A DNA stretch of 64,000 nucleotides from Candidatus Levyibacteriota bacterium (GCA_027459745.1 DAIDHL010000003.1:129125-193124); one strand, 5' to 3'; shown: positions 30,009 through 40,376, numbered from the stretch's first letter. Notes: generated by a model not told the origin, from the sequence alone. Program-made: numbers and translations.

Positions 30009-30773
30009 TTAAGCTTTCTGCTCATGCTCATTAGCGTAAATTGCTAGCGCATCACGCATGAAAACAGCCAAGCCATTAGCGCGTTTCTCATAAAAGTCTC
30101 TAAAGCTAGGGTCATCGACATACATTTGGCCGAGATTTTTAAACATTTTATAACTAAGATCATAAAAGTTACGCAAATGTTGGTAAAAACGTTCGACTTG
30201 AACTTGTACTCCACTACTATCTGTAGATACACCACTTTTAAACTGCGCTGTAAATTGTTTGTAAATATCTTCAGATTCATTCTTGATCCTTTCCCAGTCA
30301 GCTTTAGTCATTTTATTTGCTCTCTCTTTTGACTGTTTATAAGCTTGAGTTTGACCCCATCTTTGTTCTACTTCATCTTTGTATTTTTGATAAGTCGGAT
30401 CATTAAAGACAGAAAATTTATCATCATTACTCATACTTTCACCCCCTTTCAAGGAATTAATCGTTTTATCTATGGTCAATAACAAGTGTTCCAATCTCTT
30501 TTTCTTCAGTTCTAATAAACTTCTCTGATCATTCAATGCCTGTAAAGAATCAAATTCTGTGGCTTGCATAATCTGCTTAATTTTTTCCAAAGGAAATTCT
30601 AATTCACGAAAAAACAAGATTTGTTGTAGTTTTGTTAGTTCTTGATCACTATAAACTCGATAACCATTTTCCTTTATAGCCGATGGCTTTAGTAAACCAA
30701 TTTCATCATAATAGTGAATTGCCCGCACACTGATACCTGCTAAATTGGATAATTTTTTAACCGTGTAGTTCAT
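30009..30773 (-). CDS. MerR-family transcriptional regulator with TipAS-like C-terminal effector domain
   Basis: 254 aa. N-terminal HTH (YTVKKLSNLAGISVRAIHYYDEIGLL). Long C-terminal helical TipAS-like domain. Confidence 0.75.
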   Translation of the reverse strand: MNYTVKKLSNLAGISVRAIHYYDEIGLLKPSAIKENGYRVYSDQELTKLQQILFFRELEFPLEKIKQIMQATEFDSLQALNDQRSLLELKKKRLEHLLLTIDKTINSLKGGESMSNDDKFSVFNDPTYQKYKDEVEQRWGQTQAYKQSKERANKMTKADWERIKNESEDIYKQFTAQFKSGVSTDSSGVQVQVERFYQHLRNFYDLSYKMFKNLGQMYVDDPSFRDFYEKRANGLAVFMRDALAIYANEHEQKA

Positions 30774-30781
30774 ATATAGGC

Positions 30782-30812
30782 ATTATAAACTATTACGTAA
30801 CGGAAGGGTCAA
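30782..30812 (-). promoter_or_regulatory. Sigma70-like promoter with MerR-type 19-bp spacer and central palindrome upstream of the MerR/TipA-like gene; near-leaderless
   Basis: Minus-strand reading: TTGACC (rc at 30807-30812), 19 nt, TATAAT (rc at 30782-30787). Spacer contains the perfect palindrome TTACGTAA (30793-30800). The -10 ends only 8 nt before the start codon (30771-30773). Confidence 0.5.
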
Positions 30813-31003
30813 GAGTTTATTAAAAACTATTTAATTAATTTTAGTTTTGAATCTCAGGAGCTTTTAGCCGGCTGCGTATTTCATTCAACTCTTATAGTGC
30901 TAAATTGTTATAAGCATTCAACAATTTAATAATTTAACAATATAACAATCATTTTATTACTACTAGGATTGTTACTTTCATTCACTGACCTACTAAAATA
31001 AGA

Positions 31004-31516
31004 TTATACCTGGATCCAATATCTCATCTTACTTGGCTGGCCAGCAGATTCTCCCTCGATAATATTTTCTAATACTCCCCCATTAGCTTCGATGATCTTG
31101 CGGGAACCGATATTTGTCTCATCACACGTGACTAAAACCTTTTTTAAACCTAATTTCCCTGCCTCGATCAATCCTAAACTCAATGCTTCTTTACCATAAC
31201 CCATTCTCCTTTTACTTGGTTTGATGTAATAACCAATATGACCACCATATTTTAGTAAATGTTCATTTAACTCATGACGTATTTGCAATCTGCCGATTAC
31301 TTCTTCTCCAACTATCAGCCAAAAAGTAGAAGCAGGCACATAACCTGGCGGCAGACTTAAACCATACACGTTATCTTTTAATCGCTTTACGAAATCGGCA
31401 AAAGATTCCTTCTCTGCTGGTTTTTCCAAGATGGTAATGCTTCTTTCATGTTTGGAATCCACCAAAGCATCCATATATGCTTGTTTATATTTTAACGAAG
31501 GTGTAATTAATTTCAT
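31004..31516 (-). CDS. GNAT-family N-acetyltransferase
   Basis: 170 aa. Acetyl-CoA binding motif A (RRMGYGKEAL). Confidence 0.65.
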   Translation of the reverse strand: MKLITPSLKYKQAYMDALVDSKHERSITILEKPAEKESFADFVKRLKDNVYGLSLPPGYVPASTFWLIVGEEVIGRLQIRHELNEHLLKYGGHIGYYIKPSKRRMGYGKEALSLGLIEAGKLGLKKVLVTCDETNIGSRKIIEANGGVLENIIEGESAGQPSKMRYWIQV

Positions 31517-31600
31517 AATCTATGATTATGGCTCAGTCCAGAATCTTTTTATTATGAAGTTCCCAGATTCTGGAGTCATCACTCTGAGCGGGATTCCCCA
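31517..31600. repeat. Repeat family C, copy 1 (GATTCTGG/CCAGAATC hairpin element) in the leader of the GNAT gene
   Basis: aatctatgattatggctcagtCCAGAATCtttttattatgaagttcccaGATTCTGGagtcatcactctgagc. Confidence 0.65.
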
Positions 31601-31624
31601 AAATCACTAATTGCTTACTACTCA

Positions 31625-32152
31625 CTAGTTAATACCAACAACCCTGTACTTCAACAAAATCGTGCCCTGTTCATTCAATTTTTCTATACTCAACAACTGT
31701 AAATCTACCTCCATCCTCTCTATCACCAGAGCGTTGCCTGCACCAAAAATTTTTGGCTCAATAGTCAACCAAACTTCAGTAATTAAATTTTCCTTGAAAA
31801 ACTCAGTCGTTACTTTCTGTCCTGCCACCAATAACATTTGTTCATACCCTAAGTCTTCCAGTCTCTCAACGAGCTCTGCGGGAGATTCTTTACTAAACTC
31901 TATTTGTCCGGGTACCATCTCATTTGCATATCTTTCTGGCTTACTAGTTAATACTATCCTCAACCTAGCTTTTTCTGCCAAGGGTTTTACTATGTCATAA
32001 GTACCACTGCCCATGACAATCAAACTATGTTCATTACGTGTTTGTAAAAAATGAAATGCATCTTCATCAGAAGACCATTCATGAACCAGTGGACTGTCGC
32101 CTCTCGTCATTTTGCCGTCCAGCGAAGTGACCGCAACGAAGATTATTTTCAT
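31625..32152 (-). CDS. RibD C-terminal/dihydrofolate-reductase-like reductase (paralog 1 of 3)
   Basis: 175 aa. MKIIFVAVTSLDGK ... IVMGSGTY matches the DHFR-like fold family. Confidence 0.6.
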   Translation of the reverse strand: MKIIFVAVTSLDGKMTRGDSPLVHEWSSDEDAFHFLQTRNEHSLIVMGSGTYDIVKPLAEKARLRIVLTSKPERYANEMVPGQIEFSKESPAELVERLEDLGYEQMLLVAGQKVTTEFFKENLITEVWLTIEPKIFGAGNALVIERMEVDLQLLSIEKLNEQGTILLKYRVVGIN

Positions 32153-32808
32153 GCATTAGATTTTTCGTTTTTTAACCATTTTACACCTAAATACACTAAA
32201 GGTGTTTCGATAATTGACATGCAACAGCGGAGTAACCAATAAGGGATGGACAAACCAGCGATAAAATTGAAATTTGTTCCTAAGGGTAAATTTAAAGCAT
32301 AAAAAGCCAGGGTCATAAATAATGCTGTATCAAAAAATTCACTCACGAAGTTGGAGACGTTCGTGCGCAACCATAATTTCTTTTTACCCAATTTTTGACG
32401 CATACGTGCAAAGATATAAACATCAAGAAATTCGCTGACTGCAAAAGCAATTAAACTAGCCGCTGAGAAACGAATGGAAATGCCAAAAATGTCATTATAC
32501 TCTTTATTTTGTGGAGAAAAACGTGCATCGGGGGGAAGTAAAGTAGCTAAGATGGAAAACAAAAATAAGAAGAAAATCATCATCAAACTTGATCTGACTA
32601 CACTTTGTGCCCTCGCTTTGCCGAAAACTTCCACAATTATGTCATTGGCCGCATAAACAAAAGGCAAAACAAAAATGACGACAGTGGCACTGAGATGAAA
32701 ACCTGCGATAGTCGCAACAGGAAAAGTCTTGGCTCCCATCAACTCCGAGATCATAACGCATGTGACATAGAAAGCAATTAGAAAATCTAATTTTTGTATT
32801 TTAAACAT
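32149..32808 (-). CDS. YhhQ/VUT-family membrane transporter (putative queuosine-precursor transporter)
   Basis: 219 aa. About 6 TM helices. N-terminal pattern resembles the YhhQ family. Overlaps the downstream gene by 4 nt. Confidence 0.5.
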   Translation of the reverse strand: MFKIQKLDFLIAFYVTCVMISELMGAKTFPVATIAGFHLSATVVIFVLPFVYAANDIIVEVFGKARAQSVVRSSLMMIFFLFLFSILATLLPPDARFSPQNKEYNDIFGISIRFSAASLIAFAVSEFLDVYIFARMRQKLGKKKLWLRTNVSNFVSEFFDTALFMTLAFYALNLPLGTNFNFIAGLSIPYWLLRCCMSIIETPLVYLGVKWLKNEKSNA

Positions 32809-32948
32809 GTTCGTAATTTTAACTGATCTTTTGCAAAAAGTGAATAAGCAAGTGTGAAAAGGAAAGATTCACTATTGAAAAAATGACTGAAAATTATATA
32901 AAAACCTATCACGATATAAGCAAAATAAAGATTTGATAAAATTGACTC

Positions 32949-33611
32949 CTACTTTAAAATAATATGTATTCTAGATTGAACTAAATTAGCAGGCGCTTGT
33001 AATTGAGTTTGCATTTGTACTTGATATAGTTTTAAACCAAAATCATAACTTATAGGCCCCGAAATTAGATAGTTGTTGTTGCTGCTGGTACTGGTTACTT
33101 GCGAATACCAAACAGGATGATTATCAGTTACGTTATATAACCTTACAGCTACTGTTTCATTCGTATTGGGAATAAGTACTGATGCCTCAAAGTGTATCTC
33201 CTTTATATTTTGATACTTTCCGAAGTCAATTTCCGCTTCCGCACCAGGAATATTTGTCCAATCCTTGGCTTGTGTATTACCTGATCCAAGAGGAATATAT
33301 AAATCTTTTACTCCACCGGTTTGTTGAGTAGCTATCGTGGTTACTAAATTATTATTGGAACCAACATTAGGTTCTGAAGTCGGAGATACACCTGTTGGAG
33401 TAATTTTTTCTGGTAAAGGAGTAACGACAATTGTTTTAACATTGGTCATGTTGGCATAATTATTACGATCAAAAAATAATACGTTTAAATAAATAAGATT
33501 AATTACAATCGCTGTGCAAATTATACCTAAGATAAAAAATGCCAATCTGACATATCTTTCATCTCTAGATAGTTTGATAAACAGTAAACGATCACGAAAA
33601 TTATTTAACAC
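32949..33611 (-). CDS. Membrane-anchored extracytoplasmic hypothetical protein
   Basis: 220 aa. One N-terminal TM helix, then a beta-rich domain. Confidence 0.45.
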   Translation of the reverse strand: MLNNFRDRLLFIKLSRDERYVRLAFFILGIICTAIVINLIYLNVLFFDRNNYANMTNVKTIVVTPLPEKITPTGVSPTSEPNVGSNNNLVTTIATQQTGGVKDLYIPLGSGNTQAKDWTNIPGAEAEIDFGKYQNIKEIHFEASVLIPNTNETVAVRLYNVTDNHPVWYSQVTSTSSNNNYLISGPISYDFGLKLYQVQMQTQLQAPANLVQSRIHIILK

Positions 33612-33693
33612 AATAACAGCTTACAAAAGTATACACACAAAGTAAACCTTTTATAGTTCTGCGAGAAATCTGACTTATCTACCCTCTTTTACC

Positions 33694-34626
33694 ATGCTAT
33701 ACTTAATTTGTAGCATGAAATATTTTATCAGACTGATTATTGCTGCATTTATTATCTCGGATATCATAATTGTAGGCTGGATCGGCTTACATAACTACAA
33801 TTTCGCCGTATTAAATCCGCAAGGAATAATTGCCAGTCAAGAAAAACAATTAATGGAAATTGCCCTCATAATGATGTCAATTGTCATCGTGCCCGTGTTT
33901 ATATTTGCCATTTTTGTGGCTATAACATACCGTGCATCCAATACAAAAGCAAATTATATGCCAGATTGGGATCATAATCATGTTATTCAAATTTTCTGGT
34001 GGACATTTACTATTTTTATGGTCAGTACCATGGGCTTTATCAACTGGAATTTCACTCATCATTTAGATCCCAGTCAGGCAATTGCTTCCACTACTCCCCA
34101 GTTGACTGTGCAGGTAATTGCCTTACGTTGGAAATGGTTATTTATATACCCTCAACAAGGTGTCGCCTCGGTTAATTTACTGGAAATACCCGAGCAGACG
34201 CCAATTCATTTTGAGCTAACAGCCGATCAATCCCCTATGACATCTTTTTGGATTCCCCAATTGGGTGGACAAATCTATGCTATGTCTGGTATGTCTACAC
34301 AGACCCACCTGCTTGCAAATAGCCTAGGACAATATTACGGCACCAACACCGAAATTAATGGTCAGGGATTTGCAGAAATGAAATTTATCGCCAAATCAGT
34401 ATCTCACTCTGACTTTGAGAACTGGGTCAGTAATATTAAGCGAGATTCTAAGCCTCTAAATCAGACTCTATATAATCAGTTAACCCAACCAACTGAAGAT
34501 GTGCCAGTGGTAACTTATGCTTCTCCGGTGAATAATCTATTTACATCGGTTATAATGAGATATATGGCCCCTAGTTCTACTCCACAGATGAAGTCAGATA
34601 ATTCCCAATCCAATATGCAAATGTAA
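33694..34626 (+). CDS. cyoA: Cytochrome bo3-type quinol oxidase subunit II
   Basis: 310 aa. Two N-terminal TM helices plus a cupredoxin-fold domain. The CuA ligand cysteines are absent (YYGTNTEINGQGFAEM in place of CxExCG), indicating a quinol rather than cytochrome-c oxidase. Confidence 0.8.
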   Translation: MLYLICSMKYFIRLIIAAFIISDIIIVGWIGLHNYNFAVLNPQGIIASQEKQLMEIALIMMSIVIVPVFIFAIFVAITYRASNTKANYMPDWDHNHVIQIFWWTFTIFMVSTMGFINWNFTHHLDPSQAIASTTPQLTVQVIALRWKWLFIYPQQGVASVNLLEIPEQTPIHFELTADQSPMTSFWIPQLGGQIYAMSGMSTQTHLLANSLGQYYGTNTEINGQGFAEMKFIAKSVSHSDFENWVSNIKRDSKPLNQTLYNQLTQPTEDVPVVTYASPVNNLFTSVIMRYMAPSSTPQMKSDNSQSNMQM

Positions 34627-34633
34627 TCTAAAT

Positions 34634-36628
34634 ATGAACTGGCAATCTTTTATTTTTGGTCAACTTAGCTGGTCTGATCTTCCTCATCAATGGTTCACCA
34701 TTGGTGGTACCGGTGCTATCTTCACCATGCTGGCAGCCGTGGCTCTTTTTCTGACTATAACAAAACGCTGGCAGTGGTTGTGGACCAATTGGTTAACTTC
34801 AACAGATCCCAAAAAAATAGGTGTAATGTATCTGGTGATAGCTTTCTTAATGTTCATTCGGGGGGGATTGGATGCGCTGATGATTTTCGCTCAGCAAGTC
34901 GTAACAGTCGGTCCTGGTTATCTAGGTGCTCAACATGGCTATCTGGATGCCAATCATTTCCAGCAAATTTTTACCGCCCATGGCGATATTATGGTATTTT
35001 TTGTCACCATGGGCTTTTTGTTTGGTTTAATCAATCTAATTGTTCCCCTGCAAATTGGGGCACGCGACCTCGCCTTTCCTTTTCTTAACTCGCTAGGTTT
35101 TTGGCTATATGTGGCTGGTGCAATATTAATTAATATGTTCTTTGTTTTAGGAGGAGAATTTGCCGCCACTGGTTGGCTGGCCGTCGCACCATTGTCTGAA
35201 TTACAATTTCAGCCTGGTGTGGGAGTTAACTATTGGATCTGGAGCCTGCAGATTTCTGGTCTAGGAACTCTTATTGGTGGAATTAACTTTGTAGTAACCA
35301 TATTAAAAATGCGCGCACCAGGCATGACATTAATGCGCATGCCAATGTTTACCTGGACTTCACTGATGAGTATGCTGCTGGTAATTTCTATCTTCCCTAT
35401 TTTGGCCATGACTATCGCTCTTTTGACCCTTGACCGCTATTTGGGTATGCATTTCTTCACTCTCAACAATGCCGGCAATCAGATGATGTACTGGAATCTG
35501 ATCTGGATGTGGGGTCATCCTGAAGTTTATGTCCTGATTATTCCAGCTTTTGGTATTTACTCAGAAGTTGTTTCGACTTTCGCACAAAAAAAAGTCTTTG
35601 GTTATCCCTCACTAGTTGCCGCCGCTGGATTAATCACTCTCTTATCATTCACAGTCTGGCTGCATCATTTTTTTACCATGGGAGCCGGAGCTGATGTAAA
35701 TGCATTTTTTGGCATTATGACCATGTATATTGGTATACCAACGGGTGTACAGATTGTTAACTGGCTGTTGACCATGTTTCGCGGACGTATCAGATTCTAT
35801 TCGCCGATTTATTGGTTTTTTGGTTTTATCAGTACTTTTACTTTCGGTGGTATGGCCGGTATGCTTATGGCTCTACCTCCGGTTGATTTCCAAATTCACA
35901 ACAGTCTGTTTCTGGTCGCACATTTTCATACTATGATCGTCGGAGGTGCTTTGTTTGGTATTTTTGCCGGATTTACTTATTGGTTCCCTAAGATTACCGG
36001 ATTTAAACTGAATGAAAAATTGGGTAAGTATGTTTTTTGGACTTGGCTAGTAGGTTTTTTTGTCTCTTTCGTACCTTTATATATTCTTGGCATGATGGGT
36101 GCAACTCGCCGTATGGATCATTATTCTCCTTCTACCGGCTGGCAATATCTATTTTTAGTGTCGCTTATCGGAGCCTTAATTATTGTGGTAGCTGTAATTT
36201 TACAGGTTGTGCAACTGGTAGTAAGTATCAAACAACGCAAGCAACTGCGTGATACTACCGGAGATCCCTGGAACGGTCGCTCACTCGAATGGTCTACGCC
36301 ATCACCTGTACCATTTTACAATTTTGTGGTTATTCCCCAGGTTAATAGTCGAGATGCCTTTTGGGAGATGAAGCAACAAAAAAATAAGATACCTGTCAGA
36401 TATGAAGACATTGTTTTACCTAAAAATACGGCTTTAGGAATATACCTGGCTAGTTTTCTTTTCTTATTTGGTCTAGCTATGGTTTGGCAGGCAATCTTAT
36501 TTGCTATCATCGGGCTTGTAGGTGCTGTTGTATGTGTAATAAAACGCACATTTGCAGAAGATACGGAATATGTTTTACCAGCCGCTGAGGTAGCCAAACT
36601 GGATAGACAATATCGTCTAGCAGTATAA
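34634..36628 (+). CDS. cyoB: Quinol oxidase subunit I (haem-copper oxidase catalytic subunit)
   Basis: 664 aa. Canonical subunit-I motifs (WMWGHPEVY, HHFFTMG, HFHTMIVGG). Confidence 0.9.
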   Translation: MNWQSFIFGQLSWSDLPHQWFTIGGTGAIFTMLAAVALFLTITKRWQWLWTNWLTSTDPKKIGVMYLVIAFLMFIRGGLDALMIFAQQVVTVGPGYLGAQHGYLDANHFQQIFTAHGDIMVFFVTMGFLFGLINLIVPLQIGARDLAFPFLNSLGFWLYVAGAILINMFFVLGGEFAATGWLAVAPLSELQFQPGVGVNYWIWSLQISGLGTLIGGINFVVTILKMRAPGMTLMRMPMFTWTSLMSMLLVISIFPILAMTIALLTLDRYLGMHFFTLNNAGNQMMYWNLIWMWGHPEVYVLIIPAFGIYSEVVSTFAQKKVFGYPSLVAAAGLITLLSFTVWLHHFFTMGAGADVNAFFGIMTMYIGIPTGVQIVNWLLTMFRGRIRFYSPIYWFFGFISTFTFGGMAGMLMALPPVDFQIHNSLFLVAHFHTMIVGGALFGIFAGFTYWFPKITGFKLNEKLGKYVFWTWLVGFFVSFVPLYILGMMGATRRMDHYSPSTGWQYLFLVSLIGALIIVVAVILQVVQLVVSIKQRKQLRDTTGDPWNGRSLEWSTPSPVPFYNFVVIPQVNSRDAFWEMKQQKNKIPVRYEDIVLPKNTALGIYLASFLFLFGLAMVWQAILFAIIGLVGAVVCVIKRTFAEDTEYVLPAAEVAKLDRQYRLAV

Positions 36629-36636
36629 ATAAGCAT

Positions 36637-37233
36637 ATGAGGAATATACAAAGTGGTAGTTTACAATCAGAAATCGATAATAATGATAAAACCACTCTCG
36701 GCTTTTGGATCTATCTGATGACCGATTTGGTGATGTTTGGTGTATTGTTTGCTACTTATACAGTCTTACGGGGCAATACTTTTGGCGGTCCCTTGGATCG
36801 CCAGGTATTTAATTTACCTTTTGCTTTAGTTGAGACATTAATATTATTAACCAGCAGTTTTACCTGTGGTCTGGCAATCCTGGCAATGCAGACAAAGAAT
36901 AAGACACAGGTATTGATGTGGTTTGTCATCACTTTTCTACTTGGTCTGTCCTTTTTAGGACTGGAGTTAAATGAATTTAATAAGCTAATAAGTGAAGGTA
37001 ACAGTTGGCAGCGCAGTGGATTTTTATCTGCCTATTTTTCCCTTGTCGGAACTCATGGGTTACATATTACTGCCGGACTAGTGTGGATGGGGATTTGTTT
37101 GGTAAAAGTCTGGAAGGAAGGATTAAATTCCAGTTTGTCACGTAAGTTAACTTTACTTAGTCTGTTTTGGCATTTTCTCGATATTGTTTGGATCTTTATT
37201 TTTACAATAGTATATTTACTAAGTGGAATTTAA
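36637..37233 (+). CDS. cyoC: Quinol oxidase subunit III
   Basis: 198 aa, 5 TM helices, conserved FWHFLDIVWIF. Confidence 0.8.
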   Translation: MRNIQSGSLQSEIDNNDKTTLGFWIYLMTDLVMFGVLFATYTVLRGNTFGGPLDRQVFNLPFALVETLILLTSSFTCGLAILAMQTKNKTQVLMWFVITFLLGLSFLGLELNEFNKLISEGNSWQRSGFLSAYFSLVGTHGLHITAGLVWMGICLVKVWKEGLNSSLSRKLTLLSLFWHFLDIVWIFIFTIVYLLSGI

Positions 37234-37612
37234 TATGACAAAAATCAAGCAATCAAATAACAATTTAGAAGAAAGGCCTGTGAAAAATTTAAAAACTTAT
37301 ATCATAGGCTTTGTTAGTTCAATTGTTTTGACTTTAATTCCTTATTTTTTAATTATTAATCACTTTACTACTTCCTATGTTTTACTTACTGTCATTCTTG
37401 TTTTCGCTCTATTGCAGATGCTAGTGCAATTAATATTTTTTTTACATTTGGGCCGAGAGACTAAACCACGTTGGAAACTTGCCGTACTAATTTCTTTTGT
37501 TGGTATTATTTTAATCATTGTAGGTGGCTCTATTTGGATCATGCAGCACCTTAATTACAGTATGAGCCTTTTGCAGTTAAATAATTTAATGCAGTATGGT
37601 GAAGGATTCTAG
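37223..37612 (+). CDS. cyoD: Quinol oxidase subunit IV
   Basis: 129 aa, 3 TM helices. Overlaps cyoC by 11 nt. Confidence 0.65.
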   Translation: MEFNMTKIKQSNNNLEERPVKNLKTYIIGFVSSIVLTLIPYFLIINHFTTSYVLLTVILVFALLQMLVQLIFFLHLGRETKPRWKLAVLISFVGIILIIVGGSIWIMQHLNYSMSLLQLNNLMQYGEGF

Positions 37613-37655
37613 TCTCCACCTGCTTAACTAATTAATTTAAAATATTACTAAAATC

Positions 37656-38510
37656 ATGTTTAAACATTACTATCTTCTAGCCAAACCAGGCATGGTGTAT
37701 GGTAATACTATTTCGGCCATAGCTGGTTTTTTATTTGCCTCCAAAGGAAATTTCAATTTAATCCTATTTGTTACCACCATTTTGGGTATTTCCTTGGTCA
37801 TCGCTTCTGCCTGTGTTTTTAATAATTATCTTGATCGTGAAATCGACAAAAAAATGTTGCGAACAAGTAAACGCCCCCTGGTTATGGGCTCGATATCTCC
37901 ACTTCATGCTTTAATTTACGGTACAATTCTGGCAATCTTAGGTTTTGGTTTATTATTAATTTTTACTAACCTACTTACTCTTGCCTTGGGCTTTATAGGT
38001 TGGTTTTTTTATGTAGCAATTTATGGATTTGTCAAAAGACGCTCAACTTTTGGAACCTTAGTTGGAAGTGTTTCTGGATCTATGCCTCTAGTAGGCGGCT
38101 ATTGTGCCGTGACAAATCAGTTTGATACCGCAGCTTTGCTTTTATTTATAATTATGACAATCTGGCAAATGCCTCATTTTTATGCAATTGCCATTTATCG
38201 TTTGGCAGATTATAAAAAAGCTGGTTTACCAGTATTGCCGGTTGTTAAGGGTACTAATATTACCAAAGTAGACATAATTATTTATGTTCTCGCATTTTTA
38301 GTCGCCAGCTATTTATTATTTTTTTATCACTATGCTGGCTATATATACCTTATAATTATGCTTGGTTTAGGCTTATATTGGCTAAGGCTGAGTACAATTG
38401 GACTTCATACTAGCAATGATGAACTATGGGGACGTTCTGTATTTAAATTCTCCTTAATAATTTTGTTAGTTTTTTGTGTTCTACTATCTTTTTCTTATTG
38501 GCTGCCATAA
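37656..38510 (+). CDS. cyoE: Protohaem IX farnesyltransferase (haem O synthase)
   Basis: 284 aa. UbiA-family motif NNYLDREIDKKM plus multiple TM helices. Last gene of the cyo operon. Confidence 0.8.
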   Translation: MFKHYYLLAKPGMVYGNTISAIAGFLFASKGNFNLILFVTTILGISLVIASACVFNNYLDREIDKKMLRTSKRPLVMGSISPLHALIYGTILAILGFGLLLIFTNLLTLALGFIGWFFYVAIYGFVKRRSTFGTLVGSVSGSMPLVGGYCAVTNQFDTAALLLFIIMTIWQMPHFYAIAIYRLADYKKAGLPVLPVVKGTNITKVDIIIYVLAFLVASYLLFFYHYAGYIYLIIMLGLGLYWLRLSTIGLHTSNDELWGRSVFKFSLIILLVFCVLLSFSYWLP

Positions 38511-38525
38511 AAATATAAAGTTAAC

Positions 38526-38834
38526 TTGCGTATCTGTATTTTTTTATTTACAATAATTATTGCTATGAGTTTATTTTTAATCTTTCATATTATAATTGCC
38601 CTTTTAAGTATTATTTTCACAGCTTTACTTTTCCTTAAACCAAGTATAAAAAAGATATATATCAATTATTTTCTCATCGGCCTAACTGTAGTAAGTGGTA
38701 CCTATCTTATTTTTAAATACTCCTCTCATTTGACTGAAATTTGCTTTACAGGTATTGTATATCTATGTTTTGTTACAGCGGGGATGGTTGCTTCGCATCA
38801 TAGACTTTCCAAATTAGAAAAAATGTATCATTAA
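38526..38834 (+). CDS. Small membrane protein
   Basis: 102 aa, three hydrophobic helices. Follows cyoE. Confidence 0.4.
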   Translation: MRICIFLFTIIIAMSLFLIFHIIIALLSIIFTALLFLKPSIKKIYINYFLIGLTVVSGTYLIFKYSSHLTEICFTGIVYLCFVTAGMVASHHRLSKLEKMYH

Positions 38835-39409
38835 TAGCTTTTATTTCCGATATCGTAAATATTTAAAACATTTCCACTACTAAACTCACGAGTGTTGGAT
38901 AATTTCATCTCTAACTTTTGAGTTAATCCATGAAACACCGTTGTACCTTGTCCAAGTATGACTGGGTTAATCATCAATCTAACTTCATCTAATAGCCCCA
39001 TTTTTAATAAAGTTACACATAAAGTAGAACTACCCAAAACAACGATGTCTTTTCCTGGCTGGGATTTTAATTCTTGTATAAACTCATTATCTACTGCGTG
39101 TTTTAGAGTTACATTCTTCCATAGTTCTGTTTCTTTTACTTCGTTTAAACTCTTAGAGAAAACTATTTTCTTTAAACTATTCATCCTTTTGGCCGTTTCA
39201 GGATCTTCTTTTAATCCTGTCTCAGAAGGCCAGAAACTTTCCATTAATTCATATGTTCGTCGGCCATACAACACAGTATCTATCTCATCTAACTGTTGAT
39301 TGGCAAACTGATTAAACTCCTCATCAACATTATGCCAAGATAAATCATGACCAGGAGCTTCAAAATATCCATCCAGGGATCTCATCATGAATAGAAATAT
39401 TTTCCTCAT
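38831..39409 (-). CDS. RibD_C/DHFR-like reductase (paralog 2 of 3)
   Basis: 192 aa. RSLDGYFEAPGHDLSWH ... YGRRTYE. Confidence 0.6.
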   Translation of the reverse strand: MRKIFLFMMRSLDGYFEAPGHDLSWHNVDEEFNQFANQQLDEIDTVLYGRRTYELMESFWPSETGLKEDPETAKRMNSLKKIVFSKSLNEVKETELWKNVTLKHAVDNEFIQELKSQPGKDIVVLGSSTLCVTLLKMGLLDEVRLMINPVILGQGTTVFHGLTQKLEMKLSNTREFSSGNVLNIYDIGNKSY

Positions 39410-39438
39410 ATGTTTCGTTTGCTATAATTTATATAAAG

Positions 39439-39798
39439 ATGAGTAAAATTTATATCTTGAGATTTTTTCATGGTATTTTTGCCTTATATTTTATATGTTG
39501 TATAATTTATCTCTATTATGCCGCAATTACAGCTAATTTTAATTTCTTACTTATACTAGCACTTATTAGCTTATCTTTGGAAGGAATTGCTGTTTTTATT
39601 TTAAATAAAGGAGATTGTCCTCTTATTTATATTCAAAATAAACTAGGTGATAATATACCTTTCTTTGAACTCTTCCTTCCTAAAAAAGCTGCAAAACAAG
39701 CAGTTCCTTTTTTTTCAATATTAACTTGGCTAGCTGTTATCTTACTTTCTATTCGATTTATTGTTATGGTTTATAAATTATTTTATTCACTCCAGTAG
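39439..39798 (+). CDS. Small hypothetical membrane protein
   Basis: 119 aa, 3-4 TM helices. Confidence 0.4.
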   Translation: MSKIYILRFFHGIFALYFICCIIYLYYAAITANFNFLLILALISLSLEGIAVFILNKGDCPLIYIQNKLGDNIPFFELFLPKKAAKQAVPFFSILTWLAVILLSIRFIVMVYKLFYSLQ

Positions 39799-40324
39799 CA
39801 AATGACGTGAATTCTACTAATTTTAATTTCTCCATTTCAGCTCCCTCAAACAATTTCTTCCCCGTTCCTAGAACGATTGGAAAAAGCAATATATTTATTT
39901 GGTCAATCAATTTATTATTCAACAAAAACCTTACTAGTTGTCCACTCCCGGCAACGAGGATATCTCCTCCTTCTTCTGCTTTAATTTTCTGAATTTCATC
40001 GACAACATTATCTTTGATGATATGTGAATTAGTCCAACTGGCTTCGGTCAAACTTTTGGACACCACATATTTTTTCATGCTATTAAACTTATCGGAAAAC
40101 TTATCTCCCCTTCTTTTAGGCCAAGCTTTAGCAAAACCATCATAAGTAATTCGTCCTAATAACTGCACCTCGGCCGCTTCTATCTCAGATAGTTTAAACT
40201 TCATGAATTCCTCATTCCCATAAGGCATCGTCCAGCCTTCATATTTAAAACCTGATCCATCTGGACCAGGTGCTTCAAATACACCATCCAAAGATAAAAA
40301 TTCTGTTACAACCAATTTCCTCAT
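39764..40324 (-). CDS. RibD_C/DHFR-like reductase (paralog 3 of 3)
   Basis: 186 aa. FLSLDGVFEAPGPDGS ... GRITYDGF. Confidence 0.6.
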   Translation of the reverse strand: MRKLVVTEFLSLDGVFEAPGPDGSGFKYEGWTMPYGNEEFMKFKLSEIEAAEVQLLGRITYDGFAKAWPKRRGDKFSDKFNSMKKYVVSKSLTEASWTNSHIIKDNVVDEIQKIKAEEGGDILVAGSGQLVRFLLNNKLIDQINILLFPIVLGTGKKLFEGAEMEKLKLVEFTSFATGVNKIIYKP

Positions 40325-40376
40325 ACAGAAATATATATTAACACTTTTACTTTATTTTGCAATTGAACAAAGGTAA

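Noticed and set aside
34690-35169. ORFs 34690..35088 (+) and 34954..35169 (-) inside cyoB
   Set aside because: Alternative frames within a highly conserved haem-copper oxidase gene. Cys/Arg-rich composition is typical of off-frame translation.
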